This document shows positions 19,553 through 28,847 of a stretch of DNA of 64,000 nucleotides, in pieces. Position 1 is the first letter of the stretch; each line of letters begins with the position of its first letter. Under the pieces are notes generated by a model. The model was not told where the DNA came from. It searched no databases and was given only the letters and a program-made list of their open reading frames with translations. Source of the stretch: Candidatus Bathyarchaeia archaeon (GTDB lineage: Archaea > Thermoproteota > Bathyarchaeia > Bathyarchaeales > Bathycorpusculaceae); contig JBEKHN010000001.1 of the NCBI GenBank assembly GCA_050012255.1, positions 224,001 to 288,000 on the forward strand, written 5' to 3'. The position numbers were made by a program, and so were the translations under genes.

Positions 19553-21532
19553 TCACCCTTCTCCTTCAGCGCATGTCTCTGCTAGTGCTGCTTGAACTTG
19601 AGTCACGACCTGCTTGTTGTCATATTGCTGGATTTTGACGGCGCCCGTCGGACAAGCAGAGCTGCACAGACCGCAACCCTGGCACACGGCCTCAACGACT
19701 TCAGCCGTTAGCTTTTCTTCACCCTTCACGAGCTCGGACTTCATCTCTATAGCAACAAAAGGACAGATCGACTCGCAGATCCTGCATCCACTGCACAGGT
19801 CCTTGTCAACCACAGCTTTCAACGGTTCAATATCGATCTCTCCGCTTAAAAGCAAGTCTATCACCTTTGCCGCGGCTCCACTTGCCTGCGCTACCGTATC
19901 AGGAATGTCCTTGGGTCCTTGACACACGCCCGCGAGAAACACGCCTGCCATCGCACTCTCGAGCGGTCGCAGCTTCGGGTGTGCTTCCAAGAGGAAACCG
20001 TCTGCACTTCTAGGCGCATGCAATAACGCACTGATTTTCCCGAGGTCGCCACTAGGTACGAGTCCCGTTCCAAGCACGACCAGGTCTGCGTGAACTTCTA
20101 GGAGCTTGTTTGTTCCCCTGTCATAAACGTCGAAGTAGAGTGAACCGTCCGCTGCGCAATGGATTTCAGAGGGTAAGCCAGCCACAAAATCTATGTCCAT
20201 GTCCCTTGCACGCCCATAGAATTCCTCGTAGCCCTTTCCGAACGCTCGAAGGTCAATGAAGCATGTGTATATCTTCAAGTCGCCCGGGATCTTCTCGCGG
20301 GCCAAGATTGCCTGCTTAAGCGTTACCATGCATCCCACGCGGCAGCAGTACTCGTGGAAGCGCTTGTCGCGGGAGCCCACGCACTGTATGAAAGCTATGC
20401 TTCTGGGTATCTTCCCGTCCGAAAGTCTTGTCAGATGTCCTCCTGTCGGGCCAGATGCGCATACAAGGCGTTCAAGTTCCATGGCTGTTATGACATTCTT
20501 AAATCGCTTGTATCCATACTGCGGAATCGCCGAAGGGTCGAAAACGTCGAAGCCGGTTGAAACAACGATTGCTCCAACGTTGAGCTCGATCTCTTCTGGT
20601 TTCTGCGCCCTGTTGACTGCATCGGTCGGACAGACCTTCTCGCAGAGACCGCATTCAACGCAGCTTTCCTTGTCTATTACTGGCACTCTGGGAACCGCTT
20701 GCATGAAGGGTGTGTAGATCGCTTTTCTCACTCCTATGCACTCATCAAACTCGCTCTGCGCTTCTGCGGGGCAGTTCTCCGAGCAGATTAGGCATCCGGT
20801 GCACTTTTTCTCGTCGACGTATCTCGGCTTTTTAAGAACCGTCACCTTGAAATTGCCGACCGAGCCCTTCACTCCTTTGACTTCCGAGTAGGTGAGTAGT
20901 TGAACGTTCGGGTGGTGCGCACAATCTATCATTTTCGGCGCAAGAATGCACATTGAACAGTCCATCGTGGGAAAAGTCTTGTCCAGCTGGGCCATCTTTC
21001 CGCCTATGCTGGGGGATTTCTCGACTAGGTAAACTTTGAAGCCTGCATTGGCCAGGTCAAGCGAGGCTTGTATGCCCGCTATGCCGCCTCCCAGGACCAA
21101 GACGCCCTTTTCAACGCGTATCTTGTGTTTCTCTAATGGCTCCAGAAGCCTCGCGCGAGCCACACCCATCCTAACGAGCGCTTCAGCTTTTTCTGTTGCC
21201 TTCTCAGGTTCATGAGTGTGCGCCCAGGAGACTTGTTCTCGCAAGTTGACTATCTCAGTCAGGTATGGGTTGAGCCCCGCCTCTGCAACTGCTCTGCGGA
21301 ACGTTTCTTCGTGCATGCGAGGCGAGCATGTTGCAATTACTATTCTGTCAAGTTTGTGGTCTTCAATATCATCCTGAATAAGCTGTTGGCCAGGTTCAGA
21401 ACACATGTAAGCGTAATGCTTAGCTGTCACAACATCTGGCAGAGTTTTGGCGTATTCTACCACTTTTTCCACATCAACAACACCAGCGATGTTTGAGCCG
21501 CAGTGGCAGACGTACACGCCTATCCTTGCCAT
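19553..21532 (-). CDS. hdrA: Heterodisulfide reductase subunit A
   Basis: VYVCHCGSNI, GGGIAG, LDKTFPTMDC, IQCVGSRD, HPKLRP and ferredoxin motifs. Confidence 0.97.
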   Translation of the reverse strand: MARIGVYVCHCGSNIAGVVDVEKVVEYAKTLPDVVTAKHYAYMCSEPGQQLIQDDIEDHKLDRIVIATCSPRMHEETFRRAVAEAGLNPYLTEIVNLREQVSWAHTHEPEKATEKAEALVRMGVARARLLEPLEKHKIRVEKGVLVLGGGIAGIQASLDLANAGFKVYLVEKSPSIGGKMAQLDKTFPTMDCSMCILAPKMIDCAHHPNVQLLTYSEVKGVKGSVGNFKVTVLKKPRYVDEKKCTGCLICSENCPAEAQSEFDECIGVRKAIYTPFMQAVPRVPVIDKESCVECGLCEKVCPTDAVNRAQKPEEIELNVGAIVVSTGFDVFDPSAIPQYGYKRFKNVITAMELERLVCASGPTGGHLTRLSDGKIPRSIAFIQCVGSRDKRFHEYCCRVGCMVTLKQAILAREKIPGDLKIYTCFIDLRAFGKGYEEFYGRARDMDIDFVAGLPSEIHCAADGSLYFDVYDRGTNKLLEVHADLVVLGTGLVPSGDLGKISALLHAPRSADGFLLEAHPKLRPLESAMAGVFLAGVCQGPKDIPDTVAQASGAAAKVIDLLLSGEIDIEPLKAVVDKDLCSGCRICESICPFVAIEMKSELVKGEEKLTAEVVEAVCQGCGLCSSACPTGAVKIQQYDNKQVVTQVQAALAETCAEGEG

Positions 21533-21694
21533 CAGTCAGCCATCCATAAAGTTGCTCCTGTTTAATTGCCCTTGCCGCTCTCTATTATCTTTTCTGCCGA
21601 AAGCATGGTGATTTCAATGTTGCAAAAAAGGCGACGTGAAATGGGCTGTTCAAAACGCAGTTTTACTTAGAACACGATAATCGCTTTTGGCCGC

Positions 21695-22219
21695 TTAGTA
21701 TACTGAGACCTTGGCCACTCCTTTCACATTCAGTAACTCAGGAATGAGTTCCCCTGGAATTTTCTTTTCAACGATCAGTGACAGTTTGGGTTCGGGTGAA
21801 AGCTCGGGGTCATCCACGATTGCCTGTCTAATGCTCAAACCATTCTTCGCCAAAATCATTGCGGAGCTAGCTAATATTCCCGGGATCTTCGCGTCGACAG
21901 GTGTTATTTCTACAACTCCCAGGTTCAAGTGCTTGGCGATCTCCTTGAGTGAAAGTCCAGAAGATCTTATGCCCTCAAATATCAACCTAAGTTCACGGTC
22001 AGACTTGATTGCGTTCAATGTCTCCTTGACAGTTCTCCTGTCCACCCCTGCAGCCCGGGCCACACGCACTGGCGGAATCTCGATCTCGTTAAGGTAAATC
22101 TTCCCATCCCTTGCACTGAGTCCATTTTCTATGAGAACACGGGCTACCCTGAGCCTCTCAGGATGTCCCTCGAAATATTTCTTCACGTTATTCCACATGA
22201 CGGCTGGCCCCGTGTACAT
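21695..22219 (-). CDS. HTH plus ACT-domain regulator of amino-acid metabolism (COG2150-like)
   Basis: ARAAGVDRRTV HTH; PGILA..ISIRQA-like ACT domain; DPEL motif. Confidence 0.85.
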   Translation of the reverse strand: MYTGPAVMWNNVKKYFEGHPERLRVARVLIENGLSARDGKIYLNEIEIPPVRVARAAGVDRRTVKETLNAIKSDRELRLIFEGIRSSGLSLKEIAKHLNLGVVEITPVDAKIPGILASSAMILAKNGLSIRQAIVDDPELSPEPKLSLIVEKKIPGELIPELLNVKGVAKVSVY

Positions 22220-22287
22220 TTTTGTGCAACAAAGTATAAATATGTTCTTGCCATATTGAGTCTGTTAAAGAGCATCAATGCATAGAA

Positions 22288-23673
22288 ATGTTCATTGGAG
22301 AACCTAAAATGACACAACAATCGCACAAAAACCAAGAATACGTGACAAACTTAAACCCAGACGACATACCTACATCTTGGTACAACATACAAGCCGACCT
22401 CCCAGAACCTCTGGCACCTCCGTTGGATCCAACAACGCTGAAGCCAATAGGTCCAGAAATGCTTGAAAGGATATTTGCAAAAGAACTTGTCAGACAAGAG
22501 GTTTCAGCGGAACGCTTCATCACAATACCGAATGACGTGCTTGACGCTTATCTAGGGCTTCCGCGTCCAACCCCGCTTTATCGTGCACGCAGGCTTGAGA
22601 AGTTCTTGAAGACGCCTGCGCAGATATACTTTAAGTGTGAAAACTTCAGTCCCACGGGGAGCCACAAGACCAACACAGCCATCGCACAAGCCTACTACAA
22701 CAAGAAACAAGGAGTCGAAAGACTTGCCACTGAGACAGGCGCGGGGCAGTGGGGAACAGCCTTGGCCTTGGCAACCAGGCTTTTTGGTTTGAAATGTCGA
22801 ATATACATGGTCCGAGTGAGCTATGAACAGAAGCCCGGCAGGAGAACGATAGCGCAACTGTACGGAGCTGAGATGTTCCCATCGCCAAGCGACCAGACAA
22901 GCTTCGGCAGGAAACTGCTTAAAGAGAATCCGAACCTTCCTGGGACACTCGGCATAGCTATCACTGAAGCCATAGAAGACACTCTCGCTCACGACGATAC
23001 CAGATATTCGCTTGGCTCAGTGCTGAACCATGTTTTGATGCACCAAACCATCGTAGGATTGGAGGCCAAAAAACAGTTTGAACTCTTAGACATAAGCCCC
23101 AACGTGGTCTGCGGTTGCATAGGCGGCGGTTCCAACTATGGCGGTTTCTGCTTCCCGTTCATGAAGGACAAGCTCAGAGGAAAAACAAGCACGGAGTTTG
23201 TTGCATGCGAATCGAAGGCGATTCCGCACACAACGAGAGGCGTTTACACTTATGACCACGGCGACACTGGCAAGATGACTCCACTTATCAAAATGCTGAC
23301 AATTGGACACGATTATGCGTGCCCCCCAGTCCATGCGGGTGGTTTAAGATATCATGGGATGGCGCCGTTGATATCGTACCTGATCTACAAAGGCTATGCG
23401 AGATCAGTTGCATACGGTCAAGGCGAGGTTTTCGAGGCCGCGAAGCTGCTGGCTCAAACAGAAGGATTGATAACGGCTCCTGAAACGGCTCACAGCCTGA
23501 AATTTGTCGTAGACGAGGCTTTGAGATGCAAGAGGACTGGTGAAAAAAGAATAATCGCGATGAATTACAGTGGACACGGCTTGCTTGATCTATCAGCGTA
23601 TGAGCAGTTTCTTGCCGGAAAGCTCGTCGAGTACGAACCTGAGAAAATCGAAGTTCCAACCTTCAGCCATTAG
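22288..23673 (+). CDS. trpB2: TrpB2 (tryptophan synthase beta-like PLP enzyme)
   Basis: SPTGSHKTN, TETGAGQWG, GGGSN, HAGGLRYHG and SGHGLLDL motifs. Confidence 0.95.
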   Translation: MFIGEPKMTQQSHKNQEYVTNLNPDDIPTSWYNIQADLPEPLAPPLDPTTLKPIGPEMLERIFAKELVRQEVSAERFITIPNDVLDAYLGLPRPTPLYRARRLEKFLKTPAQIYFKCENFSPTGSHKTNTAIAQAYYNKKQGVERLATETGAGQWGTALALATRLFGLKCRIYMVRVSYEQKPGRRTIAQLYGAEMFPSPSDQTSFGRKLLKENPNLPGTLGIAITEAIEDTLAHDDTRYSLGSVLNHVLMHQTIVGLEAKKQFELLDISPNVVCGCIGGGSNYGGFCFPFMKDKLRGKTSTEFVACESKAIPHTTRGVYTYDHGDTGKMTPLIKMLTIGHDYACPPVHAGGLRYHGMAPLISYLIYKGYARSVAYGQGEVFEAAKLLAQTEGLITAPETAHSLKFVVDEALRCKRTGEKRIIAMNYSGHGLLDLSAYEQFLAGKLVEYEPEKIEVPTFSH

Positions 23674-23687
23674 GGGATCGGAAACCA

Positions 23688-24332
23688 TTGACGTCAACTA
23701 CCTTGAGAACCGAAAATTCAAGATTCAATAGAGTGGTTTTGTTGCAAATTGACCAGCTCAGACCACATGAAAAGGGTTCTCCAGTCTACTTGGAACTTCT
23801 CAGACGCGAAATACTCAGGGATGGCATGCTCAGGTATCCGATAGTAGCTGACGAAAAGACACGCGTCATCCTAGACGGAATGCATCGTTGGCTGGCGCTG
23901 AAGAGCATTGGCTACAAGGCAATACCAGTCTTGCTAGTTGACGTTTTCCAAAAACCAGCGATTCGCGTTGGAAGAAAAAGGATTCATCAATACATAAGTG
24001 ATTCGATTGAAGAGATGACTGTTGAGAGGGTTATCTCGGTGGGACTTGATGGGCAACTCATGGAACCTCGTACGACTAGGCATTTCTTTCCGTTCTCAAA
24101 ATATCAGCTCATCAATTATCCATTGAGCCTGTTGAAGAGGGGAGCACCTTGCGACGTTTCTTCATACTTGTCCAAGGAGAGTGATGAAGAATGCAGCTTA
24201 GCTATTAAACAGTGGCTAGAAGAGATATCCGAGGAATTGGATTTTCTGACAAAAAAGAAGGCAGAAGTGGAGAAGGAAAAGGAAGAGTTTCTGAATAGAG
24301 TCAAGAACCTAGGCAGTTTTTCAACCTTTTAG
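23688..24332 (+). CDS. ParB/Srx-fold protein, probable SerK/SbnI-like free L-serine kinase
   Basis: LRPHE, PIVAD..VILDGMHRW.AL and PRTTRH motifs; no ParB HTH. Confidence 0.65.
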   Translation: MTSTTLRTENSRFNRVVLLQIDQLRPHEKGSPVYLELLRREILRDGMLRYPIVADEKTRVILDGMHRWLALKSIGYKAIPVLLVDVFQKPAIRVGRKRIHQYISDSIEEMTVERVISVGLDGQLMEPRTTRHFFPFSKYQLINYPLSLLKRGAPCDVSSYLSKESDEECSLAIKQWLEEISEELDFLTKKKAEVEKEKEEFLNRVKNLGSFSTF

Positions 24333-24504
24333 GTTTCATGAAATTCTGGCTGCACAGAAAAAGTCATGCACATAGGTTATTAGCCAATAAATAAGGAGAG
24401 ACGATGCAAAGGCTGTTGCTGCAGGTTTGTCCACGCTAGGTTTAAATAGAATCAGCGGCTAGTATTGAACCCCCATCTGATCTGGGTTTTGAGAGGAATC
24501 GTTT

Positions 24505-25839
24505 ATGCAGAAGACGAGAGTTATTATAATGGGCGCGGCTGGTAGGGACTTCCATAACTTTAACGTCTACTTCAGAAACAACGATGCTTATGAGGTTGTA
24601 GCTTTCACGGCAACGCAGATTCCTGGGATAGGAGGGAGAAACTATCCGCCGGAGCTTGCAGGTTCAAGATATCCAGACGGTATACCAATATACCAAGAGG
24701 AAGAATTGCCTAAGCTGATAAGAGACTACGATGTTGACCAGGTTGTTTTTGCGTATAGTGACGTTTCGCATGAATACGTTATGCACAAGGCTTCCATTGC
24801 GCTTGCAAACGGCGCAGACTTTCGGTTGATGGGCCCGAAGACGACAATGCTAAAAGCAAAAGTGCCAGTGATTGCCGTCTGCGCGGTCAGGACTGGATCA
24901 GGAAAGAGTCAAACTTCACGGCAAGTTGCCAAGATTCTGAAGAGTAAGGGTTTGAATGTTGTAGCAATCAGGCATCCGATGCCTTATGGAGACCTGACGA
25001 AGCAAATCTGTGAACGCTTTGCCTCTTATGAGGATCTGGACAGGTATGACTGCACGATTGAGGAGAGAGAGGAGTATGAGCCACACATCGACAACGGCAT
25101 AATTGTCTACGCTGGAGTTGACTACGAAAAAATACTGCGCGAGGCAGAGGAAGAAGCAGACGTGATAGTTTGGGATGGCGGCAACAATGACTTGTCCTTC
25201 TACAAGCCAGATCTGTGCATTGTTGTGGCTGACCCTCATAGAGCTGGTCATGAACTGGCTTACCATCCTGGTGAGGCAAATCTGCGGATGGCCAACGTGA
25301 TAATAATTAACAAGGTTGACACCGCTGACCCGCAGAAAGTGAAGCTAGTCAAAGAAAACATCAAGCTAGTCAATCCAAACGCAACAGTCTTGGAAGCTGC
25401 TTCACCGATAACCGCTGACAACCCAGAGGCTGTCAGGGGCAAACGTGCGTTGGTGATTGAGGATGGACCTACGATCACTCATGGGAACATGCCCTACGGA
25501 GCTGGAGTGATATTTGCGCAGAAGTTCGGAGCAGGTGCAATCGTCGATCCGAGGCCCTACGCTGTGGGCTCAATTAAGGAAGCATATGAAAAGTACAGGC
25601 ATCTGGGCGCGGTGCTTCCCGCGCTGGGCTACGGTGGAAAACAGATAGCTGAACTCAAAGAAACCATTGACCGCACTCCATGTGATGTTGTGGTGATCGG
25701 CACACCCATAGATTTGAGAAGGGTGATAACTATCAAGCAGCCAACGGTGAGAGTCAAGTATGAACTCAAAGTTTTAGGGCCCGTTTCGCTTGAGCACGTC
25801 TTGGAAGAGTTCATTGAAAGAAGTGTGAAAAGGCAATGA
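24505..25839 (+). CDS. cDPG-synthetase-like P-loop enzyme, probable arginine synthetase ArcE
   Basis: GAAGRDFHNFN, AFTATQIP, RTGSGKSQT, RHPMPYG, EEREEYE and WDGGNND motifs. Confidence 0.75.
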   Translation: MQKTRVIIMGAAGRDFHNFNVYFRNNDAYEVVAFTATQIPGIGGRNYPPELAGSRYPDGIPIYQEEELPKLIRDYDVDQVVFAYSDVSHEYVMHKASIALANGADFRLMGPKTTMLKAKVPVIAVCAVRTGSGKSQTSRQVAKILKSKGLNVVAIRHPMPYGDLTKQICERFASYEDLDRYDCTIEEREEYEPHIDNGIIVYAGVDYEKILREAEEEADVIVWDGGNNDLSFYKPDLCIVVADPHRAGHELAYHPGEANLRMANVIIINKVDTADPQKVKLVKENIKLVNPNATVLEAASPITADNPEAVRGKRALVIEDGPTITHGNMPYGAGVIFAQKFGAGAIVDPRPYAVGSIKEAYEKYRHLGAVLPALGYGGKQIAELKETIDRTPCDVVVIGTPIDLRRVITIKQPTVRVKYELKVLGPVSLEHVLEEFIERSVKRQ

Positions 25840-26243
25840 GTGAAGAGAAAAGTCAAGAGAAAAGTGAAGAGAAAGGAGAAGTCTCTCGTGTAAAAGTGAA
25901 GTTCACGGTTGAAGGGATGGGCGAAACCGAAGGAGAGCTTGTGCGTTTCTTGGCTCCGAGAACGATAGATATGATAGTTCGGAGACTACCGATAGAAGGA
26001 AGAGCTGCCCTGTGGAAGGAAGAGGTGTACTTTGAAACTCCTGTCAAGATGGGCGAAGAAAAGGCTAAGGCCACTGTCGAAACTGGGACGATCGCGTTCT
26101 GGCCCATGGGAAGCGCAATATGCATCTTCCACGGAAAATCGCAGCCCTACAGCCCGGTGAACATCATTGGAAAGGTAACCGGCGATCTTGAGCTGTTCAG
26201 GCAGGTCAAGAGTGGGACAAAAATAAGAGTTGAAAGTCTCTAG
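25836..26243 (+). CDS. Cyclophilin-like fold protein (DUF369-like)
   Basis: WKEEVYF, GTIAFWPMGSAICIF.G and SPVNIIG motifs. Confidence 0.85.
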   Translation: MSEEKSQEKSEEKGEVSRVKVKFTVEGMGETEGELVRFLAPRTIDMIVRRLPIEGRAALWKEEVYFETPVKMGEEKAKATVETGTIAFWPMGSAICIFHGKSQPYSPVNIIGKVTGDLELFRQVKSGTKIRVESL

Positions 26244-26245
26244 TA

Positions 26246-26450
26246 GCGCGCATGCTTGTTCCGAAATTCCTAGATTCCGCTCAAGAGGAAAGGCATGATG
26301 TTTCTCTATGGTTACTGTCACGGTTCAGCTGGGTGCTTGCGTGCTCACACCCTCCCCCCGGTATCCTATATGAGCCAAATATGATTGAAGAGCAGAATAA
26401 GCAGCACAAGCCACTTCCCAAAAGAATTCAGGAACATGCTAGCGCGCGCG
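26246..26450 (+). mobile_element. MITE-like element family A, copy 1
   Basis: Ends GCGCGCATGCTTGTTCCGAAATT and AATTCAGGAACATGCTAGCGCGC; homologous along its length to the reverse complement of 57561-57765. Confidence 0.82.
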
Positions 26451-26559
26451 AGCAAGCTCGCCTTAATGTCAATCCGAGATAAATTGATAGTGTCAGGAAA
26501 GGCACTGTGAGAAAGAGAATGTAGTGCGCACGGAGGAGCATATACGTTCTGCATATACG

Positions 26560-27194
26560 GGTTCTGTTGACTCTTAGGAGCTAAGTGTTGAAAAGGGCTC
26601 TGGTAACAACTTGATCACATTATCTACTCTTGGTATTCGTATTCAATGAAAACAGTCAAAAAATGGGTGAAACTGCCGTTGTCCTATGATTTTAAATACA
26701 AGTTATGCCAAACATCCCAAAATACAACTATAAGGGAGGTGGCTTGAGTGGCTAGATTTTTCAACTTGTGGCGCGTGAATCCGTCGGCACCATGGCCTAC
26801 AGACCCTTCTAAGCTCTTAGAACTCCACGAAATGATATGGGCAACCATGGATGGACTGATAAAGAAGGGCGAGATTGAAGAGTGGGGGATTTTCCCAGAT
26901 GCGCACGTTGGATACGCAATCGGCAAAGGGGAAACTGTAGATGTCTATAGAAACGTGAGCATGTTCTATCCTTACTTTGTCTCTGAGGTACATGAGATCA
27001 TATCATACGAGAAAAACAAAGAAATTATAAGAACAGTTCTAAAAGCTCGAATCGCAGCAATGAAGAAGTAAGCCTTCATCCCCTTAGATCATATTCTTCT
27101 TTTTTCATAGCAAGTCTTTATTCTTCCATTTTGAGATGTGCTAGTAATTCAGGAAAATCTTCCATCATTCAAGCCCCGAAGAGTTAACAGAACC
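26560..27194. mobile_element. Non-autonomous IS6-type cassette with one passenger gene
   Basis: Left GGTTCTGTTGACTCTTAGGAGC and right GCCCCGAAGAGTTAACAGAACC closely match the TIRs at 41763 and 48332. Confidence 0.8.
26748..27071 (+). CDS. Hypothetical small alpha/beta protein (DUF3303-like), passenger gene
   Basis: GGAGGTGG SD; GEIEEWGIFPD..GYAI pattern; T-rich terminator-like tail. Confidence 0.7.
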   Translation: MARFFNLWRVNPSAPWPTDPSKLLELHEMIWATMDGLIKKGEIEEWGIFPDAHVGYAIGKGETVDVYRNVSMFYPYFVSEVHEIISYEKNKEIIRTVLKARIAAMKK

Positions 27195-27389
27195 CTTGGC
27201 TATATGCATGCACATCAATACATGAATGAAGGTAAGGCCAAAAAAGAAGAATCCTGTGGGAGCGTAAAATGCGCTCAAGTAACTGAGAGAAAGTTCAAGG
27301 AAAAAAGCCAGTACGGCACTAATTATCAACAAACCTTCAATTGCCCATACATGTTTACCGTAGACTATCAAGAATTTACTGATTCTCAA
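27165..27389 (-). pseudogene. Membrane protein fragment truncated by the IS6-type right end
   Basis: Two TM helices; the last residues (GSVNSSGL) are encoded by the TIR. Confidence 0.5.
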
Positions 27390-27529
27390 TTTCGCTTTCC
27401 CAATATGTTCATATCAAAGCGCTTGAAGCTAAAGTTTTTATCCAATAGGTTTTTCGCGTTCTCCGTTTAGAAAATATCTTATGAGCATGGAATTTAATAG
27501 GCGATATATGAAAAGCTGATCCTAGCGCG

Positions 27530-28027
27530 CTAGTAAACCAGGGAGCTTTCTTTCCACATTTTTAGAAGCTTCTGGCATTCTTCTGCTACTTCTTTTTCGC
27601 GCGTCTTGCTCTTCAAAGCTTCGAGGAACTCTATTCGTTTCTCATTTGAACGCTTTTCCGCTGCTCCTCCATAGTAGAGTTCTCCCTCAAGATACTCCTT
27701 CATGCTGTTGGCTTTCTGCACGAAGACGCTGGCCGCGTCAACCGAATTTTCAACAGCATATTCATTTGCCCACACAGCCACTTCTGCCTGTCGGAGCTGC
27801 GTCAGACCGTCAATCTGTTTTATGCTGCGTACGTACGTTCTGAGAAAATCGTAATAGCCGGCGGTCTTGACGAGAGCCAATGCTTTTCTGACTTTCTGCC
27901 TGAAGGCTGCACTTCCTCTGATCCCTATGCGGTGCTTGTATCCCCTGTCGATTAGCGCTCTGGCCTGTCTGACTTCTTCTTCCGTGTAGACTCGTGTGGG
28001 GAAATCCAAGGAAATCTTGACCCTCAA
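27530..28027 (-). CDS. Conserved hypothetical protein
   Basis: 165-aa ORF with host-like codon usage, downstream of eS25. Confidence 0.75.
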   Translation of the reverse strand: MRVKISLDFPTRVYTEEEVRQARALIDRGYKHRIGIRGSAAFRQKVRKALALVKTAGYYDFLRTYVRSIKQIDGLTQLRQAEVAVWANEYAVENSVDAASVFVQKANSMKEYLEGELYYGGAAEKRSNEKRIEFLEALKSKTREKEVAEECQKLLKMWKESSLVY

Positions 28028-28078
28028 GTCAGTAAAAGCAAGTTCTGTAACTGAAGGGGGAGCAAGCCCTTGAACAGC

Positions 28079-28402
28079 TCAGTCTACCCTGTATATTTTG
28101 ATGTTGTGATTTCCTGAAACCAGTTGGATCGCGCCGTTTTCTTTCAGTTGAACTAGCAAGTCTTTCGCTGCGCTTATGCGCACGTTGAAATGCGTCGCCA
28201 CAGAATACGGTGTCAACACGTGCATCTTCTTCAGCTCGCCAATGACCTTATCACTCTTCGCATCTGGCGGGATCACTGCAGCCAGTTTCTTTTCTTTTGA
28301 AGGTCCCGCCTTTTCCTTTTTCTTCTTGTCTTTATCCTCAGTGTCCTTTTTGTCCTGCATGCGTTCAATTTGTTTCAGGCTGAGTTTCTTTTTTCCACCC
28401 AT
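28079..28402 (-). CDS. rps25e: 30S ribosomal protein S25e
   Basis: MGGKKK start, K-rich N-terminus, LTPYSVA...ISAAKDLL winged helix. Confidence 0.9.
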   Translation of the reverse strand: MGGKKKLSLKQIERMQDKKDTEDKDKKKKEKAGPSKEKKLAAVIPPDAKSDKVIGELKKMHVLTPYSVATHFNVRISAAKDLLVQLKENGAIQLVSGNHNIKIYRVD

Positions 28403-28570
28403 CTTTATCGGCTTCCAGTATTGAAATTTGCAGGGTGGTTCTTAAGCGTTTTCCGTGTCGGAAGTCGTTTTCGCGGGCATTGAAGATGGTTGGAGACGAC
28501 TAAGATCACGGAGTAGGCAGGAAGAAGCTTCTAATTTGACAAAAAAGAAAGAGAGAATTGGCGAAAATGG

Positions 28571-28792
28571 CTATTTGCCCATCACTTTTTTCGCTGCGAT
28601 TTCTATGTCCTCAGACTTTATGGTTTTTCTCCCAGCGTGCATTGCGAAGTCCAGAGCTTCTCTTGCGATTTTCACACCGATTTCCTCTAACGCTTTGGCC
28701 AATTCTTTTGCTGCCGCTTCGCTTACTCTATCCGCCCCAGCTTTCTTGCACAATCTATGCATTGGGGCTACGGCTAATTCTAATTCGACCAC
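28571..28792 (-). CDS. Archaeal histone (HMf family)
   Basis: [19 protein letters not shown]...[12 protein letters not shown]. Confidence 0.95.
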   Translation of the reverse strand: MVELELAVAPMHRLCKKAGADRVSEAAAKELAKALEEIGVKIAREALDFAMHAGRKTIKSEDIEIAAKKVMGK

Positions 28793-28847
28793 AAATAGTC
28801 CTCCGTAGCCTCTTTTTCTCTTTAAAGCCGTATTTAACGTTTATTGT

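Noticed and set aside
15388-21496. Long antisense ORFs over etf, acd and hdr genes (and similar ones over other core genes)
   Set aside because: Shadow frames of well-supported genes.
19553-21532. Selenocysteine recoding in HdrA
   Set aside because: The frame is open and has Cys in the FPTMDC motif; no in-frame TGA.
25839-25876. 12-bp tandem repeats (SEEK/SQEK)
   Set aside because: Low-complexity N-terminal coding repeat.
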